Source: a virus. Taken from it: a stretch of DNA of 64,000 bases. The notes beneath the pieces were generated by a model. That model ran no database searches. It was not told the origin of the DNA and was given only the letters and a program-made list of their open reading frames with translations. Shown one piece after another: positions 27,800 through 36,802 of the stretch. The position numbers and the translations under genes were made by a program. The stretch spans positions 59,736 through 123,735 of the IMG/VR virus record IMGVR_UViG_3300022752_000027. One strand, 5' to 3'. Within the stretch, counting starts at the first letter, position 1, and every line of letters starts with the position of its first letter.

Positions 27800-28231
27800 T
27801 TATGATTTGAATGGGTCGATATCACCACCCTGAGGTTCAGGAGTAGTAATAGGTGTTACATCAGCAGTAATATCTGCACCGCCTATTAGTTGCTGTGCTA
27901 GATGCTTGCCGAGGTCTAAGCCAGGAAACATCTTGTTAAGTTCAGCTAGTTCACGGTATTTGCTAGTATCTGCATACCATTTACCTTTCTGACTGCGCTT
28001 AACTGCACATCCTTTGGGAACCATACGATAGTTACGATAGATGTACATGCCTGTCTCCTCATCCTTAATGACCTCGTATCCTGCTTCCTTTTGGTCTGCA
28101 ATATATTGCTCTATAGCAGCAGCAGGAGTGCTAGGCAAGATGTGGTAATAATAAGTTGTGAATTGACCGCCATCTTCAGCAGTACGGTCTTTGCTAAGTT
28201 TGAAACGAACGTTAAGAAACATGTTACTCAT
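27800..28231 (-). CDS. putative early protein, paralogue of 27087..27485
   Basis: Shared E.TG, G...ADTS..R and DPFK C-terminus. Confidence 0.65.
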   Translation of the reverse strand: MSNMFLNVRFKLSKDRTAEDGGQFTTYYYHILPSTPAAAIEQYIADQKEAGYEVIKDEETGMYIYRNYRMVPKGCAVKRSQKGKWYADTSKYRELAELNKMFPGLDLGKHLAQQLIGGADITADVTPITTPEPQGGDIDPFKS

Positions 28232-28430
28232 AAGATTTAATTGAATTAAGTTAATATAAATTGAATTAAGAAAAAAAAGGGGATTATCCTATTAGATAGT
28301 GAAATAACTGTAGTTCCGTAGGTAAGGTAGTGATGATAGTAAAATCCTAGAGTCCCCGCATTGTTGCACCAATAGATAGTGACAGAACTCTGCCCCACCA
28401 TAATGCCTAGGAGTCTGATGCCTTGATGGG

Positions 28431-28462
28431 AAAAATAAAAAGGACAGGATTGCTCCTGTCCT
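28431..28462 (-). terminator. intrinsic terminator
   Basis: AGGACAGGA-GCAA-TCCTGTCCT followed by TTTTATTTTT. Confidence 0.8.
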
Positions 28463-28469
28463 CTGCCTG

Positions 28470-28592
28470 TTATGGCTTGATAATCTCGTCTTCAAAATCG
28501 TACTCAGGATAATAAATATAGTCCTGAGCATTAATCATTTGACGGTCTTTGGCTGATAGTTCAACCATGAATAAAGCAAGTTCTTTAAACAT
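28470..28592 (-). CDS. 40 aa acidic peptide, below ORF-track cutoff
   Basis: MFKELALFMVELSAKDRQMINAQDYIYYPEYDFEDEIIKP; has its own leader and terminator. Confidence 0.6.
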   Translation of the reverse strand: MFKELALFMVELSAKDRQMINAQDYIYYPEYDFEDEIIKP

Positions 28593-28630
28593 GTGATAAA
28601 GGATTTATGATAAGCAACATTACTTATCAA

Positions 28631-28654
28631 AAGAAAAAAGGGGATTTCTCCCCT
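28631..28654 (-). terminator. intrinsic terminator
   Basis: AGGGGA-GAAA-TCCCCT followed by a T tract. Confidence 0.75.
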
Positions 28655-28670
28655 AGTTTCCCTCCCTCTA

Positions 28671-28874
28671 TCAATGGTCCTTATTATAGGACAATTCTCT
28701 TTGGATAGCATATAATTCTTGTGTTCGTTGAATCATAGAACTATATACATTAATAATATCTGTTTTACCGTTCTTATCTTTACGGTGCTTAATCTCATGT
28801 GGAGTACTAACAAGATAGTTGCTCCAGTTTCTACGGAGTTCTAATAACTCATCGTCAATATCTGCTTGTGTCAT
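28671..28874 (-). CDS. small hypothetical protein
   Basis: 67 aa bounded by terminators. Confidence 0.55.
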   Translation of the reverse strand: MTQADIDDELLELRRNWSNYLVSTPHEIKHRKDKNGKTDIINVYSSMIQRTQELYAIQRELSYNKDH

Positions 28875-28895
28875 GATAGTAAAAGGATTAATGTT

Positions 28896-28919
28896 AAAAA
28901 AGAAAAGGGGTTTCCCCCT
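28896..28919 (-). terminator. intrinsic terminator
   Basis: GGGG-GAAA-CCCC followed by TTTTCTTTTTT. Confidence 0.7.
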
Positions 28920-28931
28920 AATCTTTAGCCG

Positions 28932-29348
28932 TTAGAATGGCAGTTCCTCATCTAGGATAAGCCAATCAGGTGCCACGCTGTTTGTTGGTGCCACAATAAA
29001 TGGTGGTGCATTCTTAGTGCCAAGCTTCTTGTCTGCCTCATACTGCAATACATAGCCACCTGCCGTGTCCCATACCTTCCTGACCTCATTAAATTCCTTG
29101 AGGTTAGTAGTCGCATAAGTAAGGATGATGTAATGCCGTCCTTTCTTGTCTTGCGTCTGATGCTGATACAATACTGGAATCTCGGCCTCCTTGGTACGCA
29201 CATAGTTATAGGCCATGTGCATTGGACTGTCCTTTCTAATACGCATTCTAAACGTATAGATAGTTAGACCGTTGATTCCTACACTACCCAGGCCGAAACC
29301 TGAATAGATGTTCTTTGTGCCTTTCGGCAAGCTGTTAAACTTATTCAT
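28932..29348 (-). CDS. putative early protein with an SSB-like tail
   Basis: 138 aa, ends LDEELPF. Confidence 0.6.
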   Translation of the reverse strand: MNKFNSLPKGTKNIYSGFGLGSVGINGLTIYTFRMRIRKDSPMHMAYNYVRTKEAEIPVLYQHQTQDKKGRHYIILTYATTNLKEFNEVRKVWDTAGGYVLQYEADKKLGTKNAPPFIVAPTNSVAPDWLILDEELPF

Positions 29349-29647
29349 TGAGTAAAGGATTTATGATAGGCTGAATTACCTATCAGAAAAAAAAAGGGGT
29401 GATATACCCCATTCATCATGAGGCATTATCTAATAGATAGTGATTGAACAATCCATAGCACCTAGATAGCATTATTATTACCATAGTTATTAGTCGTTAT
29501 TACCCCGACATATCCCATAGCATATGCTTATTCTTTTTCTGCTACAGATTTTTTTATTTTATTCTATCCTGTCAATTGCATTTGTCCTAAAACAACAGGG
29601 GGTATACCCCGATCCAGATGCAGCCGGGGTCGTTAGGTAGGAGGACC

Positions 29648-29723
29648 CATAACATCGTCTACTACAGTAAATAAAAATCAGGGGGACATAACATTGTCTA
29701 CTCCATAAAATAAAAATTAGGAT
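29648..29723. repeat. imperfect tandem repeat, two copies with 39 bp period
   Basis: CATAACATCGTCTACTACAGTAAATAAAAATCAGG and CATAACATTGTCTACTCCATAAAATAAAAATTAGG. Confidence 0.75.
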
Positions 29724-30388
29724 CAGGCGTATTCGTTGAGTAACCTTAGAATTTCATTCAGTGCCTCATGTCTATGGTTCTCAGTTAGGACTATCTTATT
29801 GACCCATTCAGACTTTTCTACCTTTGGTACTTCATGTATTGCGGAGTCGTTTCTGAACTTGAGGTCTATCTGCTGGGTGTCCCCCGTAAAGATCATTATG
29901 GAGTTCTTACCTAATCTACCTACACACATTTGTAACTGTGCCTTGGTTAGGTTCTGGAATTCGTCTATTATACATACAGCATTCTCAAAGGTTCTTCCTC
30001 TAAAGTGACTTAAGGATACTAGTTCTATGGCACCATCTTCTTCCATCTTGTTTAGGATGTCTGGTTTATCATAGACTTTTCTCATATTAGACTTAATAGG
30101 GACTAACCATGGTTCCATTTTTTCTTTCTCTGATCCGGGTAAGAATCCGTTATCTTCGGTAGAGACGGTAGGTCTGGTTATAATAATCTTATTTACCCTT
30201 CTCTTAAAGTAAAGATCTAAAGCTATCTGTACGGCTACTAGTGTCTTACCACTACCAGCATGACCTATAAGGAAGTTATAGGGCGTACTCATGATTAGTT
30301 CTTTAGCTTTCTTCTGTTCTTCAGATAATGTTATTGAGAACTTGATGTCACCCTTAGGTGCTGCCTTTTCAATGTTTTCTTTACCCAT
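29723..30388 (-). CDS. phoH: PhoH-family ATPase
   Basis: GHAGSGKT, ITRPTV, GFLPG, RGRTF, IDEFQN, TGDTQQID; likely start MGKEN at 30388. Confidence 0.93.
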   Translation of the reverse strand: MGKENIEKAAPKGDIKFSITLSEEQKKAKELIMSTPYNFLIGHAGSGKTLVAVQIALDLYFKRRVNKIIITRPTVSTEDNGFLPGSEKEKMEPWLVPIKSNMRKVYDKPDILNKMEEDGAIELVSLSHFRGRTFENAVCIIDEFQNLTKAQLQMCVGRLGKNSIMIFTGDTQQIDLKFRNDSAIHEVPKVEKSEWVNKIVLTENHRHEALNEILRLLNEYA

Positions 30389-30455
30389 ACTATAAAGATA
30401 GATGTTATTGCGAATATACAACCTTCATAACAAAAATTTTTTGTATCTTTGAAGT
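30389..30455. promoter_or_regulatory. divergent promoter region at the main strand switch
   Basis: TATCTTTG (TAnnTTTG) at 30444-30451 on plus; TTGTATATTCG on minus ahead of phoH. Confidence 0.55.
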
Positions 30456-30746
30456 ATGAGAAATAGTCTTGCTGGAAAATCCAAAGGAAAGTCTACGTCT
30501 GCTAAATACTTTGCTTCTCATCCTGAAGCAAGGGCAAAAAAGAATGCTTATAATAAGGAGTATCATTCTTCAGAAGAGAGGAAGACTTATAGAGCTAAGT
30601 TGAATAAGGCAAACCGTGATGCTGGTACTTATGGTAATAAGGATGGTAAGGATATGTCTCATACAAAGTCCGGAGGTATGGTTAAGGAGAGTCAATCTGC
30701 TAACCGTGCAAGGAACGGAAAAGGAAATAATAAAAGACGTAAGTAA
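30456..30746 (+). CDS. small basic HNH-like protein
   Basis: Very Lys/Arg-rich; DGKDMSHTK...NRARN. Confidence 0.55.
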   Translation: MRNSLAGKSKGKSTSAKYFASHPEARAKKNAYNKEYHSSEERKTYRAKLNKANRDAGTYGNKDGKDMSHTKSGGMVKESQSANRARNGKGNNKRRK

Positions 30747-31093
30747 TGGCAATACCTCTTACCCAATATCCTATACATTCACAGGGTGTTTTAACAGCTG
30801 GTACTAATACATTATTTACTGGACCTGCTGGGTATAACACAACTATATCTGGATTAACCTTTACAAGTAGTGCTGCTAATCTTGTTACTTTAGTTATTAA
30901 TAAAGTAACTCCTGCGTCTTCGGTTACTTCATTTAGTTTTACTTTAGATCCTGGGGATGTATTATGTGATAATACTTCGTATGTGTTACAGGCAGGGGAT
31001 ACTATTGAGGTTACTACAACTGCAGCTAGTACTAATTATATGTTTAGTGGTCAGGCTATGTCAGCTTCAGTGCAATATACAAGCTTTATATAA
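30746..31093 (+). CDS. small beta-rich virion/tail-associated protein
   Basis: Thr/Ser-rich, LQAGDTI motif, coupled to the tail fibre gene. Confidence 0.55.
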   Translation: MAIPLTQYPIHSQGVLTAGTNTLFTGPAGYNTTISGLTFTSSAANLVTLVINKVTPASSVTSFSFTLDPGDVLCDNTSYVLQAGDTIEVTTTAASTNYMFSGQAMSASVQYTSFI

Positions 31094-34000
31094 TGAGAAG
31101 CATAGGTCTTACAGATGCAACTGGAAATAGTTACGGTTTCCCTAGAGTAACTGTATATGGTCCTGATGGTAAAATAAAGTTCCCAACAGGAGGGGGAGGA
31201 GGAGGTTCAGGTACAGTTACTTCTATAGGTATTACTGTACCATCTGGATTTAATGTTACCCCAAGTCTTATTACTACATCAGGTACCTTTGCCATAACTG
31301 GAGCTGGAACTACTGCTCAGTATATTGATGGTACAGGTGCATTGCAGACATTTCCATCAATACCTAGTTTTACTCCATCTGCCCTCACTAAAACAGATGA
31401 TACTAATGTGACCCTAACTCTTGGAGGTAGTCCTTCTGTAGCACTATTAGCCGCTACAAGTCTTACATTAGGTTGGACAGGTACACTTGCTACAGGTAGA
31501 GGTGGTACTGGACTTAGTAGTATTGGAACAGCTCTTCAATACCTTAGAGTAAATTCTGGCGCTACAGGATTAGAGTATGCTACATTTCCCACTATACCTA
31601 CGGTTAATCCTTCTGCATTAACTAAGACTGACGATACTAATGTAACTCTTACTTTAGGTGGTACCCCAGCAACATCTTTATTACAAGCTGTAAGTCTTAC
31701 CCTTGGCTGGACAGGTCAGTTATCAACTAGTCGTGGTGGTACTGGGTTATCTACAATAGGAACATCACTACAATACCTACGTGTAAATTCAGGAGGAACT
31801 GCATTAGAGTATGCTACCTTTCCTAGTACAAGTGGATTATTGCATGGTACAGCATCGGGCACAAATAACTATACTGTAACTATATCAGGAGTAACTGGTT
31901 ATGCAGATGGAGATGCCTACATTATTAAGTTTACTAATGGCAATGATGCAGACTCTGATATTAACATCAATGGTTTAGGGGTTAAAACTTTAGTAAAACA
32001 ATTTGATGTTCAGCTTACTGGGGGAGATATTGTATCAGGACAAGAGCTGATTATCATGTATGACGGTACTAATTTCCAAACTCTTGGAGTAGCACCTAAT
32101 CAGCTCTTTGCTTATGTAACTAATGATGATTCGGTTACTATAACTAAGGGTCAGCCAGTATATGCAGCTGGATCTGCTGGTAACAGGATGAGTGTTAAAC
32201 TTGCCTATAACACATCAGATACTACATCGGCACAGACCGTTGGTGTTGTATTTTCTACATCTATTGCCCCAAATCAAAGAGGGTTTATTATTACTCAAGG
32301 TGTTATATCTGGAGTAAATACAGCAGCATACTCAGCTGGTGCTCAGTTATATTTAGGTGCTACTGCGGGAACATTAACAGCTACTAAACCCTATGCCCCT
32401 AATCACCTTGTATATGTAGGTATTGTTGAAAGAGCAAATGCAGGTAATGGGCAGATATATGTCAAACCTCAGAATGGTTATGAACTAGATGAAATCCATG
32501 ATGTAGATCTAAAGAGTGTTGGGAATATTCCATCTAATAATGATATACTTACTTATATTACTGGGACAAATAATCTTTGGAAACCAAGAAGTATAGCAAC
32601 TATACTGGGATACACTCCTCAGGCACAGCTTAATGGAACCGGGTTTGTAAAAGCTAGTGGCACCACTATATCCTATGATAATAGTACTTATTATTTAGCA
32701 AGTAATCCAAGTAATTTTATCCCCCTTACTGCACTAAGTTCAACTGCAACAGGATTAACCTATACAAATACAACAGGTGTATTTAGTTTGACAAGTGGAT
32801 ATGTTATTCCTACTACATCTTCCGCAACCAATTGGGATACAGCATATACCAATCGAATTACTAGTTTAACAACAACTGGTTCCTCCGGTGCATCTACACT
32901 AAGTAGTAATACCCTAAATATTCCTAACTATACATTATCTGGACTAGGTGGCGTTCCAACATCAAGGCAATTAACTATTAATGGAACAACATATGATTTA
33001 TCAGCAGATAGATCCTGGACTATTTCCGCTGGTATAAGTTTGACTACTACAGGAACATCAGGAAATGCTACTCTTGTTTCAACTACATTAAATATCCCTA
33101 ACTATGGACTCAATGACTTAAGTCAGATATCAGTATCTACAAGTAATGCAAGAGAGGATAACTACGCACCAACAGGATGGCCAGGAACATCGGATAGAGT
33201 TAAAATAATTCGCATAGATTCTACTAACACCAACTACATGATGAGTCTTGGTGGATTGGCAAGTCCAACAGCTGGTAGAGTTGTAACTATTGTTAATGCA
33301 TCCGCAGCTAATAATCTAATTATTATTGAGAATCTATCCACTTCTTCTACAGCTGCTAATAGATTTAGGATGACCAGTAATATGGCCTATTTTTTACTTC
33401 CCACAAGAAGTATAACATTTATTTATGATGGTACATACTGGACACAGTTGTCAGCAAGTAATCCAATGGGATTAGATTTATTTGATGATTGCACAGGAGG
33501 ACCACAGAACTATGCCAATGGAGCAGTAGGAATAACTGCATCTATATCTAGTGGAACAAACTCTGGTATAAGGGCTGAAGGTGATTTATTTGGTTCTTTT
33601 GGACTATCTACAGGAACTACGGCAGCAGGAGGTGCTGCTATAACAACACAAGCAAGAAGAGCTGGAGCAAATAATGCATTTGCACTTAACTCTGATTATC
33701 CGTATTTAGTAGTTGGCAAATTAGCATTAATGCAGACGGCTACTGTAGCACAAGATTTTAAAGTTTGGTTTGGTATAAATGGAGATGGACCAACTGTATT
33801 AAATAATACTTTTAATCCAATAGGATATAATTGGTATTATAACGGCAGTAGTAGTTCTTTATGGGATAATAGAAGCCAAAATGCTGGAGGTACTGTATCT
33901 CAGGTAAGTAGTCCATTAACAGCTGCAGTTACATCTGTTGTATTAGGAGTATATAAACCAGGTGGAGCAAACATAAGGGATGCTGTATATTTCTACTCTA

Positions 34001-34155
34001 CTGACTATATCATATATCAAGTATCAACAAAATTTGTAGGGACAACTGGTAACTATGGTGGTAACATGGTTGGTCAAATATATTCAACTGCAGGAACAAC
34101 AGCCAAAGAACTTCGTTTTGATTATCATGGTGCATCAGTAAACTTAGTACGATGA
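31093..34155 (+). CDS. long tail fibre protein
   Basis: 1020 aa Gly/Thr/Ser-rich; poly-Gly hinge, RGGTG repeats, internal duplications, ITKGQPVY domain. Confidence 0.8.
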   Translation: MRSIGLTDATGNSYGFPRVTVYGPDGKIKFPTGGGGGGSGTVTSIGITVPSGFNVTPSLITTSGTFAITGAGTTAQYIDGTGALQTFPSIPSFTPSALTKTDDTNVTLTLGGSPSVALLAATSLTLGWTGTLATGRGGTGLSSIGTALQYLRVNSGATGLEYATFPTIPTVNPSALTKTDDTNVTLTLGGTPATSLLQAVSLTLGWTGQLSTSRGGTGLSTIGTSLQYLRVNSGGTALEYATFPSTSGLLHGTASGTNNYTVTISGVTGYADGDAYIIKFTNGNDADSDININGLGVKTLVKQFDVQLTGGDIVSGQELIIMYDGTNFQTLGVAPNQLFAYVTNDDSVTITKGQPVYAAGSAGNRMSVKLAYNTSDTTSAQTVGVVFSTSIAPNQRGFIITQGVISGVNTAAYSAGAQLYLGATAGTLTATKPYAPNHLVYVGIVERANAGNGQIYVKPQNGYELDEIHDVDLKSVGNIPSNNDILTYITGTNNLWKPRSIATILGYTPQAQLNGTGFVKASGTTISYDNSTYYLASNPSNFIPLTALSSTATGLTYTNTTGVFSLTSGYVIPTTSSATNWDTAYTNRITSLTTTGSSGASTLSSNTLNIPNYTLSGLGGVPTSRQLTINGTTYDLSADRSWTISAGISLTTTGTSGNATLVSTTLNIPNYGLNDLSQISVSTSNAREDNYAPTGWPGTSDRVKIIRIDSTNTNYMMSLGGLASPTAGRVVTIVNASAANNLIIIENLSTSSTAANRFRMTSNMAYFLLPTRSITFIYDGTYWTQLSASNPMGLDLFDDCTGGPQNYANGAVGITASISSGTNSGIRAEGDLFGSFGLSTGTTAAGGAAITTQARRAGANNAFALNSDYPYLVVGKLALMQTATVAQDFKVWFGINGDGPTVLNNTFNPIGYNWYYNGSSSSLWDNRSQNAGGTVSQVSSPLTAAVTSVVLGVYKPGGANIRDAVYFYSTDYIIYQVSTKFVGTTGNYGGNMVGQIYSTAGTTAKELRFDYHGASVNLVR
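31375..31824 (+). repeat. in-frame duplication with 78 aa (234 bp) period in the tail fibre
   Basis: PSALTKTDDTNVTLTLGG...LEYATFP occurs twice, starting at 31375 and 31609. Confidence 0.9.
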
Positions 34156-34382
34156 GATATTACATATACGAAATACGTTTTGTGGATTATTTAGGTCAGC
34201 AATGTTTAGTATCAACTCCAGGAGCATGTGAAGATGCACTATTTGATCAAAATTTAGAAGAGATAAAAGCAATAGTTTTTACTCAGGCTAAAGCACTAAA
34301 TAATGATCAGGAGGTAATTGACTTTACATTCTCTATTACTGACATAACAAAGCCTATATATGATGACTTTGTAAACACTTAA
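34152..34382 (+). CDS. small acidic protein, possible fibre assembly chaperone
   Basis: 76 aa, ATGA-coupled to the fibre gene. Confidence 0.45.
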   Translation: MRYYIYEIRFVDYLGQQCLVSTPGACEDALFDQNLEEIKAIVFTQAKALNNDQEVIDFTFSITDITKPIYDDFVNT

Positions 34383-34457
34383 AACTTTTCGTAAAGTTCT
34401 AGGTTTTAAGAAAAATCTTGTGTAAATTAGTAATACAAACTACTAAATTTATATAAA

Positions 34458-36719
34458 ATGTATAAAGCAATTTATTACAATTCTACGGCAATTTATAATA
34501 AGTATAAACTTGCTACAGGTGTTATTCAAGCACATGACCCTTTTAATATGGTTGTACTTGATACAGCAGATAAAACTCCTGGAACATCCACTGAAATTAA
34601 AAACACTTTTACCTTTTCAAGTCTAGATTCTATTCCAGCTAATAAGGCAATTATTAAAATACTTAGTGGATCAGAAAGTTCTTATGACATTGCCGTAGAG
34701 TATCTAAAAAATCAAAAGGTTACAGTTACAGATCAGTTTTATAATCTGGGTATTATTGTAGCCGAAATACCAAAAGGTAGTTATTCTAGTTTTGAATCTA
34801 AACTTAGTACTTGGCTTACCCCTTATGGTTTACAGTATGTAGAGCTAGACGTAGTACATACTATAGATCCAAATTATCAAATTCCATATAGTGAACACTG
34901 GCATCTAGGTAATATCCAAGCACAATGTGCCTGGGACGCTATGGATCCATATGCAGTAAATACAGATGACCCAATACCTGTAACTGCTCCAGGAGGAATT
35001 ACTTATGTTGGAGGTTGTAATCGTCCTGAAGTTGCTTTATTAGATGGGGGTGTTGAAATTAATCATCCCGATCTCATAGGCAGATTAAGTGGTGGCTGTA
35101 ATGTTAATCGCTTTGGCGAAAGTTCAACAAGTCTTAACTGGAATTGTGTAGATAATAACTCTAGTGTAATTCCAATTAATAGTTTTGATAATCATGGAAC
35201 AGCAATGGCAGGAGTTATTGCTGGAAATAATTTGAATTATCAATATAGTTTATCTGCATCTAATAACTATTTACGAGTTCAGGTTTTAAAGATAATGTAT
35301 CCGATAACAACCAATCAATATTATACAAGCTCTACTATACAGATATTGGCAATTAATAAGGCAGTTGCAAATCCTAATTGTGTAGCCATTAACATGTCTT
35401 TTGGAAGCACTGTTTACTCTAGTGCATTAGCAGATGCCATTTTGTATGCAAGAAATGTTGGTAGGGATTGTAAAGGTATTCCTTTATTTGCATCAGCAGG
35501 TAACTATTCACAGTCTAATCCTACTATTTATCCAGCATTGTATGACGGTGTATTACCAATTGCCGCATCTACTGCAGGAAATTTTAAAGCGTCATATTCA
35601 AATATGGGAGATTTTCTATTTGCAGCTGCACCTGGAGTTAATATCATAACTACAGATAGAGTTGGTGCAAATGGGTATTCTACTACAACAAGCTCAAACT
35701 CTACTACTCAGTATGATTCATATTACACAAATCTGGCTACATATAGATATTTTGGAGGTACGTCAGCATCTTGTGGAATTGCATCAGCAATAGCTGGTTG
35801 TATGGTTGCAGTAAATCCTAATATTACAGCAAATCAAATTGAAACTATATTAGCTGATACTGCTGCTCAGACAGGAGGTTATACATATGATCCTAAATCA
35901 AATGAGCTTGGTTATGGGGTATTAAGAATGTGTGATGCTATTCAAAGTGTTATTGATTCACTTCCTGATCAGTTACCTACTATTGATATTTCAACAGAAG
36001 TTACTAGTGGCGCTATTGCTTCAACAACATGTAGTAATATTGGTGTAACGACAACTGTTACAATTAATGAAGGAACCTCAGCTAATATTACTAATATGAC
36101 ACTTGATTACTATGCTTCAAACAGTAGTGCTGCAAATCCTAATATGATTTGGTTATACCAATCTTCATATACCACAGAATCAATAGGAAATTCTGCATAT
36201 ACCAATGATGAGTTTTATGTATCAAATATTCCAGCATTATATAATCCATCAGCATATCCATATCTTATTATAAGATATACTTTTTATGATGCATGCGGTC
36301 ATATTATCTCAGATGGTGAAACAGAAGTAACAGCAATGGTTCCAATGACTCTTACACAAGGTTGTGTAGCAACTGATGCAGCAGTAGAAATTATTAGTTA
36401 TGAGCTTGCTACTGGTGCTAACAATTCAATTCAAAGAAGATTTACTGTAAGATACACCAATACTGGAACAGTGCCAATTACAAACATTTATGTTAAAAGA
36501 GGATGGGTAGGAGGAGCTTATGCTTATCAGGCCATATCAGGATCAAATCTTTCTACTACTGGTGTACTGAATCCGGGTCAAACTAGAACTGCTGTTATTA
36601 CATTTAATCAGCCAGTTCCAGCTTTACCTGCTACTTATTACACACAAATTCTTACTGTAAATGGCAATTCAGATAGTAATCCTGGAAATAATTATGCTTC
36701 CTTTACTATAACTGCATAA
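34458..36719 (+). CDS. S8 subtilisin-like serine protease with CARDB-like C-terminus (copy 1)
   Basis: VALLDGG, HGTAMAG, ASAGN, GGTSAS. Confidence 0.92.
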   Translation: MYKAIYYNSTAIYNKYKLATGVIQAHDPFNMVVLDTADKTPGTSTEIKNTFTFSSLDSIPANKAIIKILSGSESSYDIAVEYLKNQKVTVTDQFYNLGIIVAEIPKGSYSSFESKLSTWLTPYGLQYVELDVVHTIDPNYQIPYSEHWHLGNIQAQCAWDAMDPYAVNTDDPIPVTAPGGITYVGGCNRPEVALLDGGVEINHPDLIGRLSGGCNVNRFGESSTSLNWNCVDNNSSVIPINSFDNHGTAMAGVIAGNNLNYQYSLSASNNYLRVQVLKIMYPITTNQYYTSSTIQILAINKAVANPNCVAINMSFGSTVYSSALADAILYARNVGRDCKGIPLFASAGNYSQSNPTIYPALYDGVLPIAASTAGNFKASYSNMGDFLFAAAPGVNIITTDRVGANGYSTTTSSNSTTQYDSYYTNLATYRYFGGTSASCGIASAIAGCMVAVNPNITANQIETILADTAAQTGGYTYDPKSNELGYGVLRMCDAIQSVIDSLPDQLPTIDISTEVTSGAIASTTCSNIGVTTTVTINEGTSANITNMTLDYYASNSSAANPNMIWLYQSSYTTESIGNSAYTNDEFYVSNIPALYNPSAYPYLIIRYTFYDACGHIISDGETEVTAMVPMTLTQGCVATDAAVEIISYELATGANNSIQRRFTVRYTNTGTVPITNIYVKRGWVGGAYAYQAISGSNLSTTGVLNPGQTRTAVITFNQPVPALPATYYTQILTVNGNSDSNPGNNYASFTITA

Positions 36720-36802
36720 AAATTAGTATTTTTATATCATAATCTAACACGGTAGGTCCTAGATAACTTCTAGGACTTACTTGTGTTATAAAAATAATAA
36801 TC

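Noticed and set aside
29648-29723. Mini CRISPR array
   Set aside because: Only two near-adjacent 39 bp units with no unique spacer, and no cas genes
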